From Pseudobdellovibrionaceae bacterium (GTDB lineage: Bacteria; Bdellovibrionota; Bdellovibrionia; Bdellovibrionales; Bdellovibrionaceae): a stretch of 11,570 nucleotides of DNA. Positions 1 to 7,623 of the stretch are shown here, piece after piece. The notes below the pieces were generated by a model, which had not been told where the DNA came from, ran no database searches, and saw only the letters and a list, made by a program, of their open reading frames with translations. Made by a program: the position numbers and the translations under genes. The stretch lies in NCBI GenBank assembly GCA_039810425.1, contig JBDHWW010000076.1, positions 1 through 11,570 of the forward strand, given 5' to 3'. How positions within the stretch are numbered: the stretch's first letter is position 1; every line of letters begins with the position of its first letter.

Positions 1-23
1 GGAAGGGTTTTGGGGAACTCCAT
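1..23 (-). CDS. Possible 5' end of a gene running off the left edge (MEFPKTL...)
   Basis: Minus-strand ATG at 23, frame open to the window edge. Preceded by TTGACT (61-56), a 17-nt spacer and a weak -10 (CTTAAT, 38-33). Only 7 codons are visible. Confidence 0.3.
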
Positions 24-57
24 GTCGCGCCTATTAAGCTTGGCACGCTAACGCCAG

Positions 58-195
58 TCAAGTGGATATGGAGGTATCAAAATAATCATCCACTTGCGAA
101 ACGATGTAGGTGTCAGCCCACGAAACCGCGACATCCAGTTTACTGCAGCTCACGGTTGCGGCGATGGATAGAAAGATGGCGAGAAGCTTCTTCAT
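58..195 (-). pseudogene. Truncated lipoprotein (DUF6279-like N-terminus), 45 aa
   Basis: Hand translation: MKKLLAIFLSIAATVSCSKLDVAVSWADTYIVSQVDDYFDTSIST*. ATGA overlap with the yciB stop, signal peptide with lipobox-like TVSC, and a W-x-D-x6-DDYFD motif I recall from DUF6279 lipoproteins, which are much longer. Stops 5 codons after DDYFD. Not in the ORF track. Confidence 0.65.
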
Positions 196-770
196 TCTTT
201 CATATTAACTGCAGATCGCCGCAGATAAAAGGCCTCGGCCCCTAAATAAACGATAAAGCTGACAGTGAGGCCAATGCCTTTTAACAAGGCCCAGTTTGTT
301 GTCGTCCACTCAAGAGCTGCCCAAATGGCGAGGCCAGTATGAATCGCGAAGAAAAATCCGGTCCGGAGCGTGACGCCGCTGAGTTTTTTCTTGATAAGGT
401 CAGGTAGCTGCTGCCCCTGTTTTTCAGCGAGGAAAACTAACAACGGCTTTTTAACAAAACACGAACCCCACAGGGCGATCGTAAAAGCGCCTTCCATGAT
501 CGCAGGTTGAAGCTTAAACCACAGTCCTTCGCTGGAGATCAACGAGATCCCACCGAGGGCCAGCAACAAACCATTTCCGACCCAGGTCATCGTCGCAACT
601 TTCCGGCGGCGAATGAGCTCAAAAAGAATTTCGCCAAAACCAAACACCATGCCGGCGATAAGGCCCGCGATGACGCCGTATTTTTCTTCGATGACGGTGA
701 AAGCGATAACGGGAAGAAGCCCGCCGAAAAAGAAAGACAGGGCCGCTTGGCGGCCATTAGCGGGTCTCAA
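192..770 (-). CDS. yciB: Inner-membrane protein, YciB/IspZ (intracellular septation protein A) family
   Basis: 192 aa, about 5-6 hydrophobic segments, family-like motifs (LP-x-IAF, LGGISL...WFKLQP, KKPL, W...W-x2-LK). TTG start overlaps the dihydroorotase stop. Confidence 0.8.
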   Translation of the reverse strand: MRPANGRQAALSFFFGGLLPVIAFTVIEEKYGVIAGLIAGMVFGFGEILFELIRRRKVATMTWVGNGLLLALGGISLISSEGLWFKLQPAIMEGAFTIALWGSCFVKKPLLVFLAEKQGQQLPDLIKKKLSGVTLRTGFFFAIHTGLAIWAALEWTTTNWALLKGIGLTVSFIVYLGAEAFYLRRSAVNMKE

Positions 771-2106
771 ACCAAGCTCCCTGACCGCGATGAGGAGAAA
801 TCACGAAGTCATTTTCCATGATGACTTCGCCGAGCAAAATCGTATGCGTCGGCCAGCCTTGAACTTTCATTCCATCATAGGGAGTCCAGCCCGAGCGGCT
901 GGCGATCCAGCTGCTTTCAATCACACGCTCTTTTTTCATGTCCACAACTGTGAAGTCGGCGTCACAACCCACTTCAATGCGGCCTTTGTTTTTGAGGCCG
1001 AACACGCGGCGCGGATTTTCAGTCACCAGCGGTACAAAGCGGGTGAGTGGCAGGCGGCCTTGGTTTACGTGATTCAGCATAACCGGAAGAAGCGTTTGCA
1101 CGCCCGGCATGCCCGAAGGACTTTGCGGGTAGGGGCGCTCTTTTTCCTCGCGCGTGTGTGGCGCGTGATCCGAGCCGATGATATCGACCGTGCCGTCGAG
1201 AACCGCTTTCCAGATGCGATCCAAGTGACGTTTCTCACGGATCGGGGGATTTTGTTGGGCATAGTTTTTCAAGCGGTCATAACAGTCTGGCGCAAACAGC
1301 GTCAAATGCTGAGGTAAAACTTCGACGGTCGCGACGTCTTTTTTATCTTGCAAGAAGTCCATTTCTTCGCCGGTGGAAACATGCAGGACGTGAACTTTGC
1401 GGCCCGTTTTCCGAGCTAAGGCGATCAGACGTTTTGTTGAAATCAAAGCCGACTCAGCATCACGCCACACGGGATGCATGTGGACGTCTTGAGAGTCCGT
1501 AGCAATGTGGCGGCGTTCGCGCATGCGGGCCTCATCTTCCGAGTGGACAATCACGCGGCGATGGCCCGAACGCAGGATCTTCTCAAGCGCCTCGTCGCTA
1601 TCCACCAGAAGATTCCCGGTGGAGCTTCCCATAAATATTTTGACCCCGGAACAGTGGGGGAGCATTTCCAGTTTTCCAAGTTCGCTGGCGTTTTCGACTG
1701 AGGCGCCAATAAAAAAAGCATAGTGCGTATGACAGCGATTTTGTGCGCGATGAAGTTTGTCTTCGAAGGCTTCTTGGGTTGTGGTTGAAGGCGCCGTGTT
1801 CGGCATTTCAAAGACGGTTGTAACGCCGCCAAGAACCGCGCCGCGCGTTCCGGTTTCGAGATCTTCTTTGTGAGTCAAACCCGGTTCGCGAAAATGAACT
1901 TGCGAGTCGATCACTCCCGGTAGCAAGTGCAGCCCTTTGAGGTCCAGGATTTTTACTGCGGGTTCATTTATTTGCGGCGCAATTTTGGCAATCTTGCCGC
2001 CAACAGCAGCAACGTCGAGGTGGTCCTCGATAAGACCCGATTCGTGGGGGTTTGGAACGAGAACCGTGGCGTTTTTGAGTATTAAATCGAACGGCTTTTG
2101 CGACAT
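757..2106 (-). CDS. pyrC: Dihydroorotase (amidohydrolase superfamily, long form)
   Basis: 449 aa. LLPGVIDSQVHFREPG, GGVTTVFEMPNT, KIFMGSSTG, VHSED, HVLHVST, NPPIR, IGSDHAPH, SPSGMPG, KGRIEVGCDAD, GWTPYDG. AGGTG RBS upstream. Confidence 0.92.
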   Translation of the reverse strand: MSQKPFDLILKNATVLVPNPHESGLIEDHLDVAAVGGKIAKIAPQINEPAVKILDLKGLHLLPGVIDSQVHFREPGLTHKEDLETGTRGAVLGGVTTVFEMPNTAPSTTTQEAFEDKLHRAQNRCHTHYAFFIGASVENASELGKLEMLPHCSGVKIFMGSSTGNLLVDSDEALEKILRSGHRRVIVHSEDEARMRERRHIATDSQDVHMHPVWRDAESALISTKRLIALARKTGRKVHVLHVSTGEEMDFLQDKKDVATVEVLPQHLTLFAPDCYDRLKNYAQQNPPIREKRHLDRIWKAVLDGTVDIIGSDHAPHTREEKERPYPQSPSGMPGVQTLLPVMLNHVNQGRLPLTRFVPLVTENPRRVFGLKNKGRIEVGCDADFTVVDMKKERVIESSWIASRSGWTPYDGMKVQGWPTHTILLGEVIMENDFVISPHRGQGAWFETR

Positions 2107-2188
2107 AAATCACCTGCTTGAAGACCACGCTAGCACGAGGCCCCTTCTTTGGTCCAGATGGAAAGAGGGAGAGTTTTACGGAGGCTCC

Positions 2189-2217
2189 TTGACCTTGCGC
2201 AACTAGGCGGCGAGAAT
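2189..2217 (+). promoter_or_regulatory. Putative sigma70 promoter, TTGACC-N17-GAGAAT
   Basis: -35 at 2189-2194, -10 at 2212-2217, 9 nt before ATG 2227. Supports 2227 rather than 2149 as the start. Confidence 0.5.
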
Positions 2218-2226
2218 GAGCTAAGC

Positions 2227-3102
2227 ATGGAAAAATTTTTGGAATTTTGGAGTCATTATAACGCAGTCATCATTGAAACTTTGGTGGCATTGATCCTGAT
2301 TTCGGCGATCTATCTCGCGTATCGCACTTTCTTTGGAGCCAAGGGCGTTGATACTTTTGATGTCAGTGGCGGCGGCGGTGCTGATACCGTAAGAATCGAA
2401 AAGACTTTAAAAAAAATCCTAGAACAGCAGCAAGCCGGTATTAAAGCAGCGGGCTCTATTCAGGAGGGGGCTGCGGGCGCACGGGCCGGCGGAGAAGCTC
2501 CGATTGAAATAGTTCAAGAACTTGCACAGTTGAAGAACGCGCTTGAAGAGAAAGAAAAACAAATCGTCGGTCTGCAGGATAAAGCGGCGGCGGCCAAGGC
2601 AGTGCAAGCCGGCACAGGGGGACCAAGCGCTCAAGACATCGCGGCGGCGGCTTCCGCAGCGGCGGGTCTTGCTGAAAAAGAGCGCCTTGATTACGAAGCA
2701 AAAATCAAAGAATTAGAAGCGCGTTTAGCGGAGTATGAAATTATCAGCGAGGACATCGCCGATCTTTCATTCTTTAAAGAAGAAAATGCACGGCTGACCA
2801 AAGAGCTTGAGTCAGTTCGTGGTGGTGGCGGGGCTCCAGCAGCACCAGCCCCGGCAGCTCCAGTTGCTCCGGCAACGCCAGCCGCAGCAGCCCCAGTTGA
2901 AGCTGCCGCGGCGGCGACCGCAGAACTTGCACCGGCCGCTTCGCCAGAAGCAGCGGGGGCCATTGATGATTCCTTGATGGCGGAATTTGCCGCAGCAGTG
3001 GAAGGGCAGAAGTCCGGCGCCCTTGAATCGGCCGCGGCACCTAAAGCTGATGAAAACGAAAAACTGCTTGCTGAGTTCGAAAACTTCAACAAAAAGAGTT
3101 AG
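2227..3102 (+). CDS. Hypothetical protein: N-terminal TM helix, coiled coils, Ala/Pro-rich linker, acidic C-terminal helices (291 aa)
   Basis: TM segment AVIIETLVALILISAIYLAY; heptad-rich stretches ELAQLKNALEEKEKQIVGLQ and YEAKIKELEARLAEYEII...ENARLTKELE; low-complexity PAAPAPAA tract. Confidence 0.85.
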   Translation: MEKFLEFWSHYNAVIIETLVALILISAIYLAYRTFFGAKGVDTFDVSGGGGADTVRIEKTLKKILEQQQAGIKAAGSIQEGAAGARAGGEAPIEIVQELAQLKNALEEKEKQIVGLQDKAAAAKAVQAGTGGPSAQDIAAAASAAAGLAEKERLDYEAKIKELEARLAEYEIISEDIADLSFFKEENARLTKELESVRGGGGAPAAPAPAAPVAPATPAAAAPVEAAAAATAELAPAASPEAAGAIDDSLMAEFAAAVEGQKSGALESAAAPKADENEKLLAEFENFNKKS

Positions 3103-3103
3103 T

Positions 3104-3835
3104 ATGAGAAAATTAATCCTGACTACGACTTTGGCTCTTGCTCCTGCGTTGAGTGTGCAGGCGGCGATCCCGGCTAAAAATAATCTGCGCCCCCGTGTGA
3201 TCGAGATTTTGAACCTTCCTCCCGAGAACCGCACGCAAGCCCTGCTTTCAACGACGGAAGACATGTACAAAGAATTTATCTCTGTGGCCTTCGCTGAAGA
3301 CCAAAGTATGCGTCTTCGTTGGCGCGCATTGATGATGGCCGCCGAGGGTCGTCGCGAAAAATCAACTCCAGATCTTTTAAAAGCGTCTATTCACAAACAA
3401 TGGTTTATGCGTAATGCCGCTCTGGTGGCGCTGGCGGAAGTGAACGAGCCTGAAGCCCAAAAGTTAGCGAAGAAACTTTTGAAAGACAAAGCCCTCGTGG
3501 TGCGTTCTGCGGCCGTGGATGTTTTGCAAAAGAGCCCCCGCCCCGAAGTGCGCGATCTTTTATGGGAAGAGATGAATCAAAAATACAACTTCCGCAATCA
3601 AGAAAGCCTTTGGATTCGCCCACAAATCGTTGAGGCCATGGCGCTAAAGCCGGCGGACCACGAGTTGAAGCTCTTCACGAAGTTTCTAAGCGACAAAGAC
3701 GTGCGCGTTCAGGCGGCTTCAGTGGGCGGAATGGAAAAACTCACGGGCGTGAAACTCGGTGATGCAAAAACAACGCGCGAGAAAATGGTTTTACTCTGGC
3801 AAGACTATGCCCGGAAAGAAAAGCTAGCTCTCTAA
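3104..3835 (+). CDS. Exported HEAT-repeat (PBS-lyase-like) protein, 243 aa
   Basis: ATG 1 nt after the upstream stop. Sec signal MRKLILTTTLALAPALSVQA. HEAT motifs LRWRALM, WFMRNAALVAL, LLKDKALVVRSAAVDVL, FLSDKDVRVQAASVGGM. Confidence 0.88.
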   Translation: MRKLILTTTLALAPALSVQAAIPAKNNLRPRVIEILNLPPENRTQALLSTTEDMYKEFISVAFAEDQSMRLRWRALMMAAEGRREKSTPDLLKASIHKQWFMRNAALVALAEVNEPEAQKLAKKLLKDKALVVRSAAVDVLQKSPRPEVRDLLWEEMNQKYNFRNQESLWIRPQIVEAMALKPADHELKLFTKFLSDKDVRVQAASVGGMEKLTGVKLGDAKTTREKMVLLWQDYARKEKLAL

Positions 3836-3882
3836 CAACTCTCCTAAGAGTCCCGCCATCTGAGAAAAGATATAAAAATGAT

Positions 3883-3910
3883 CCCCTGTGAAGAGCAGGG
3901 GTTTTTTTTT
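3883..3910 (+). terminator. Putative intrinsic terminator
   Basis: CCCCTG-tgaagag-CAGGGG stem-loop followed by T9, about 50 nt after the HEAT gene stop. Confidence 0.6.
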
Positions 3911-4197
3911 CATTTCAACAAGGCTTTGCCACTCGTTCAAGACCTGCAAAGAAACCTGCGGATCCTCGGTGCCACCGAAGATGAGGGTGGGAACCGGCAG
4001 CTTTTGTTGGCAATGGTGATTGTGAAAGCTCTCCCCCGCCCCCGGCGCGGTGAAACAGGACGAGCCTTTTGGCTCCTGACGAATTGGGCATCTTTTTAAG
4101 CACGGAAATCAAATGTAATAAGGAAATACCAGGGGAGGTCCCTAGACAAGAGCTTTTAGGACTGTTAGAACCAGGTTTTCGGTTCAGAGGGGGCTCT

Positions 4198-4584
4198 ATG
4201 AGGTATGTTCTGCCGGCGGTCGTGTTTTTCGTTTCAGTTTCTGCTTTTGCGGCAAAGCCGATTCCTGTTTTGCCGCTAAAACTCCAGGCCTTGTTTGATG
4301 CGATCAAAGACACGGGCGTAAACTATAAACCGGACGGCGCGGTTTGCGAACAGGTCGTTATTTTGCAAATGCAACAAGCTTATCCTGCGGATCAATACGC
4401 ACTCACCTCCGGTGTGGAGTACGATATCGGTGACGGCACGGTCGGTGAGCTTGATCTTGTTGTTGTTAACAAAAGCACTCAGCATGTGGAACTCGTGGGC
4501 GAAGTAAAGTGCTGGCATGATTTTGGTGCCGCTATGGATAAGGCAAAAGCGCAACGAGACCGCTTCATGCAGATGCCCGCTTGA
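4198..4584 (+). CDS. Secreted protein with PD-(D/E)xK nuclease-like motif, 128 aa, possibly C-terminally truncated
   Basis: AGAGGGGG RBS before ATG 4198. Signal peptide MRYVLPAVVFFVSVSAFA. Motif order E (CEQV) ... GELDLVVV ... GEVKCW ... AKAQRDRF. Confidence 0.75.
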   Translation: MRYVLPAVVFFVSVSAFAAKPIPVLPLKLQALFDAIKDTGVNYKPDGAVCEQVVILQMQQAYPADQYALTSGVEYDIGDGTVGELDLVVVNKSTQHVELVGEVKCWHDFGAAMDKAKAQRDRFMQMPA

Positions 4585-4610
4585 TAAAACGCACTAGAGC
4601 TGTCTAAAAT
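4581..4610 (+). promoter_or_regulatory. Putative sigma70 promoter, TTGATA-N18-TAAAAT
   Basis: Both hexamers match consensus 5/6 and lie upstream of the zinc-finger gene. The -35 box contains the stop codon of the preceding gene. Confidence 0.5.
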
Positions 4611-4638
4611 AAAAGCATCAACCAGAAAGGGAAGTGGA

Positions 4639-4866
4639 ATGGAATCGCCCCCTCAAGATTACTGGCGTAAATGCAGCACCTGTAAAAAGCCGATCGGATT
4701 AGGCGCCAATTATTATATTTGCAGTGTTTCTACTTGCAATGGTGAACGCAAAGGTTATGTGTTTTGCGGAATGCAGTGCTTTGAGAGCCACGTTCCGGGT
4801 GCGCGTCATAAAAATGCCGGCGCGATCGAAAAGACAGCACCAAAAACCCCTCACGTTGCTTCTTGA
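4639..4866 (+). CDS. Small Cys6His2 (ZZ-like) zinc-finger protein, 75 aa
   Basis: C-x2-C (CSTC), C-x4-C (CSVSTC), C-x3-C (CGMQC), H-x5-H (HVPGARH). Purine-rich RBS AAAGGGAAG. The 3' end overlaps the convergent globin gene by 16 nt. Confidence 0.8.
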   Translation: MESPPQDYWRKCSTCKKPIGLGANYYICSVSTCNGERKGYVFCGMQCFESHVPGARHKNAGAIEKTAPKTPHVAS

Positions 4867-5267
4867 ACATTTCTCATATGGTCGGCGAGATTCAACAGAG
4901 AGTGTAAAAGCTCTGTGCGTAGGGGTTCGCCGACTTTCACATCATCAAAAGCTTGAACCATGCACATCATCCATTGATTGCGGGCTTTTTTGTCGATTTT
5001 AAATGGCATGTGGCGAGCGCGCAGGCGAGGGTGACCGTATTTTTCCATAAATAAGTTGGGCCCGCCAAGCCAGCCAGAGAGAAACATAAAAAGCTTCTCT
5101 TCAGAGCTTTGAATGTTTTTCGGATGCATGGCTCGAAGTTCTTTGAAATCTTCGACTGTGTTCATGGTTTCGTAAAAGCGCTGAGTGAGTTTGCGAAGAA
5201 CTGCTTCTCCACCGAGTTGCTCATAGATTGTAGATGAATCGTCTTGCCCGTCGTCGTTCTCTTGCAT
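4851..5267 (-). CDS. glbO: Group II truncated hemoglobin (trHbO/GlbO), 138 aa
   Basis: IYEQLGGE, FY (TyrB10), AMHP (CD1 His), FLSGWLGGP, GHPRLRARH (proximal HisF8), NQW (TrpG8), ADHMRN. The start is ATG 5267; the ORF-track extension to 5696 is non-globin and overlaps another gene. Confidence 0.92.
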   Translation of the reverse strand: MQENDDGQDDSSTIYEQLGGEAVLRKLTQRFYETMNTVEDFKELRAMHPKNIQSSEEKLFMFLSGWLGGPNLFMEKYGHPRLRARHMPFKIDKKARNQWMMCMVQAFDDVKVGEPLRTELLHSLLNLADHMRNVQEAT

Positions 5268-5418
5268 AGCGGGAGTATAGTATCTTTTTATGAATCCTTC
5301 ACCTAATATTCCCCGCATCAATCTGCGGGCCGCCGCGAAAAAGCATGAGCCTCTCTCGGCGACCGGTCCTAGGCCGGCCGTTTTTTTTTGACTGGCAGAT
5401 GACGGCGGCTCCGCGCTC

Positions 5419-5778
5419 TTAGTGCATTTCGTGAAGGTCCTGCCTGAGGGCTCTGAGCAACTCTGGTGAAATACTGTCTTGATAGATTCCGTAGGAGTCG
5501 ACGTAAATGCCTTTGACACCTTTATCCTGGGCGGAGATGGCATAAATAATCGCCTGATCGTCCGGATCGGATGTATTTTCAAAACGGAGCACTTTGTCGA
5601 CGACAAAATCTTTAGGATAAAGTTTGATCTCACCAGAGCGAGCTTCAAAATGATCTCCTCTTGCGCCGAGGTTTTCGCTGTAACCGCTGTGCTCAAGTTG
5701 GGTGACCATTTGATAGAGGCTCATCATAAAACCTGTGCCAGCCTTCAATATATCTTGTGTGTTGAAATCTTCTTGCAT
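5419..5778 (-). CDS. Conserved hypothetical protein (small family often auto-labelled 'phosphoribosylpyrophosphate synthetase'; not a real Prs)
   Basis: L-x3-GY-x-EN, LYPKDFVVDKVLRFENTSDPDDQAIIYAIS...GVKGIYVDSYGIY motif recalled from that family. GAGGTGGAG RBS. Far too short for Prs. Confidence 0.8.
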   Translation of the reverse strand: MQEDFNTQDILKAGTGFMMSLYQMVTQLEHSGYSENLGARGDHFEARSGEIKLYPKDFVVDKVLRFENTSDPDDQAIIYAISAQDKGVKGIYVDSYGIYQDSISPELLRALRQDLHEMH

Positions 5779-5994
5779 AGCTCCACCTCAGTCGCATGAT
5801 ATCACGGAACCGAAGCGGAGTTTGGAAAGAAATGTCCGTTCTTAGTCATATTTAGAAGTCGTTCGCCCAAAAATGCACCTTCAAGTGGTGGCATTTTGCC
5901 TGCGCCTATAAGCGAATTCAGAATTAAAAAATTCTTTAAACGTAAAATAGAAATAGTGAGCGACGAAAAAAGTCCGCGGCAACAGCGGTTTCCA

Positions 5995-6789
5995 TTAAGA
6001 ATGTTGCCTCAAGAAATCCTGAACGAGGTTTAAAATCAGCCCTGTTTTTTCTCGATGAGGGACATGGCCACAATCTTTGAGAACTTCTTTTTGCGAGAAT
6101 CCGGCAGTCAGGGCTGCAATCATCTCAGGAAACCTGACCGAGCCGTATTCGTCTTTATCGCCGTGAATGGCCAGCACCGGGCAATGCACTTTCGGCAGAT
6201 CCGCCTGCAGGCTCCAAGTGGCAAAGTCTTGCGAAAGCCAAACCTTAATCCACGCATCGAGCACCCATTGAGTTTTTTCGCCGTGATACTTTTGCAGGCG
6301 GGCAAAGGTTTCCGGCCCGGCAAAATCCACCGCGGCTTTAGAAATCCCTTCGCGGGTGCGATCCTCGACAAAGGCTTGAGCGGATTCAGTGATAATGGCT
6401 TTGCATTGTTTTGGAAACTGACCGGCGGAGGTCACGGCCATGCCGCCGCCAACACTGTGCCCGAAGATCGTAAACTCATTTATGGCCAGATCTTTCAGAA
6501 CCGCAGGTAAATAAACTTCGGCCTCTTCGTTCACGAAGCGAACCGAGGGCAGCGTGGTCCGGGCGTCTGAGCGGCCAAAGCCCAAGCGATCATAGGCCAC
6601 GACTTTGCGCCCGGTTTTGCTGCAAAGCCGGGCTGGAAAGTCCCGCCACATTTCAATACAGCCAAGAGAGTCGTGAAAAAGAAGAATGGGGAGCGGGTTC
6701 TGCAGAGAATGTGGAGTCCATGTTTTGGTAAGGATTTTGCCGCCGGGAGCCGGGATGAACTGCTCAGTGGTTTGAATATTCTCGCTCAT
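5995..6789 (-). CDS. Alpha/beta fold hydrolase
   Basis: HDSLG oxyanion region, YDRLGFGRS, nucleophile elbow GHSVGG, acid in IHGDKDEY, catalytic His in CGHVPH. Confidence 0.92.
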   Translation of the reverse strand: MSENIQTTEQFIPAPGGKILTKTWTPHSLQNPLPILLFHDSLGCIEMWRDFPARLCSKTGRKVVAYDRLGFGRSDARTTLPSVRFVNEEAEVYLPAVLKDLAINEFTIFGHSVGGGMAVTSAGQFPKQCKAIITESAQAFVEDRTREGISKAAVDFAGPETFARLQKYHGEKTQWVLDAWIKVWLSQDFATWSLQADLPKVHCPVLAIHGDKDEYGSVRFPEMIAALTAGFSQKEVLKDCGHVPHREKTGLILNLVQDFLRQHS

Positions 6790-6900
6790 GGAAATAATTG
6801 AAGCATTGAAAGGTTTGGCCGTCTAGACGTATTCTCGGGCGCATTTTGCGCCCATGGGCGCGGGCACACTCGTTGCTAAGGGATCCTCTCGGAGGGTCGT

Positions 6901-7581
6901 ATGAAAACACCATTTATCAGCCTTACTCTATCCGCTTTGGTTTTGTCTTTGGCGGGTTGTAAAAGTTCTTCAACATTGGAATTGCCGGGGCATATCCAGT
7001 CCGTGAACGGCACCGTGCAAATGCCAGGGCAAAATCCCCTGACGGAGGTTTCGGTCGGCAAATCTTTGAAAGCCAGCTTCTATGATTTCGATGGAAACGC
7101 TCGGCTGTCTTTACACTTCTCAGATCAGGTTGGACCAGTGATCTTTATGTTCAATGAAAAAACCACGGAGTTGGCGCCGGCGCTGCAAGCGGTGGATGCC
7201 CATGCGGTGACGGCGGATAATAGCACTCGTGTGGACCTCGTTCGGGGTGAGACCGTGCCGGTTTACGATGAATGGGACAGCACCGGTCAGTGTATTTACT
7301 GGCAGGGCTACGTGAGGGTTTGTGAGGGCGACGGCCCGAATGGCCGCCCCGGCCGTTATGAGGAGAGCCGTGATAAAGAACGCAAGTGCCATGACGAATT
7401 AAAAACCATCTATGGCACCGCGACTTTTCACTATATTAAGAGTGGCTCTATCTATCATGATTTGTTGACCCTGACCCAAGCAGCGGGGGAGGTCACGATG
7501 AATCTCCAAGATGATCAAACCAGAACGGTTTCTCAGCAGATATCGCCATGCATGAACTCGGAGCGTCCTCCGAGATACTAG
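6901..7581 (+). CDS. Hypothetical lipoprotein, 226 aa
   Basis: GGAGGG RBS, signal peptide ending in lipobox LAGC (Cys20), beta-rich body with four further Cys. Confidence 0.85.
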   Translation: MKTPFISLTLSALVLSLAGCKSSSTLELPGHIQSVNGTVQMPGQNPLTEVSVGKSLKASFYDFDGNARLSLHFSDQVGPVIFMFNEKTTELAPALQAVDAHAVTADNSTRVDLVRGETVPVYDEWDSTGQCIYWQGYVRVCEGDGPNGRPGRYEESRDKERKCHDELKTIYGTATFHYIKSGSIYHDLLTLTQAAGEVTMNLQDDQTRTVSQQISPCMNSERPPRY

Positions 7582-7623
7582 CACTGCGAGCCAGCGACCC
7601 TTAAGACTTACCTGACTTCGCTG

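Noticed and set aside
507..1832. ORFs 507-821, 613-1317, 1074-1262, 1474-1701, 1505-1723, 1551-1832
   Set aside because: Antisense or alternate-frame shadows of yciB and pyrC, with no motifs.
1888..1911. Dihydroorotase metal motif reads D-S-Q-V-H instead of D-x-H-x-H
   Set aside because: The QVHFREPG variant is, to my knowledge, common in a known dihydroorotase subgroup. The other catalytic motifs are intact, so it is not evidence of a new or dead enzyme.
2149..2226. N-terminal extensions in the ORF track (2149, also 2987 and 4069 starts)
   Set aside because: Downstream ATGs (2227, 3104, 4198) fit the promoter, coupling, RBS and signal-peptide positions better.
2820..2960. GCA/CCA/GCC-rich quasi-repeats
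   Set aside because: They encode the Ala/Pro linker; there is no fixed repeat-spacer period, so not CRISPR or a VNTR.
3878..4099. 73-aa ORF MIPCEEQGFFFHFNK...
   Set aside because: Its start overlaps a terminator-shaped hairpin with T9, it has no SD and I recognise no family. It may be a decayed remnant but cannot be supported as a CDS.
5268..5696. Apparent 143-aa N-terminal extension on the globin (281-aa ORF)
   Set aside because: It overlaps the 5419-5778 gene in another frame and crosses intergenic hairpins; a chance open frame, not a fusion.
5868..5898. Imperfect inverted repeat AAAATGC-ACC...GGT-G-GCATTTT
   Set aside because: Could be a terminator or operator, but it is short, imperfect and not assignable.
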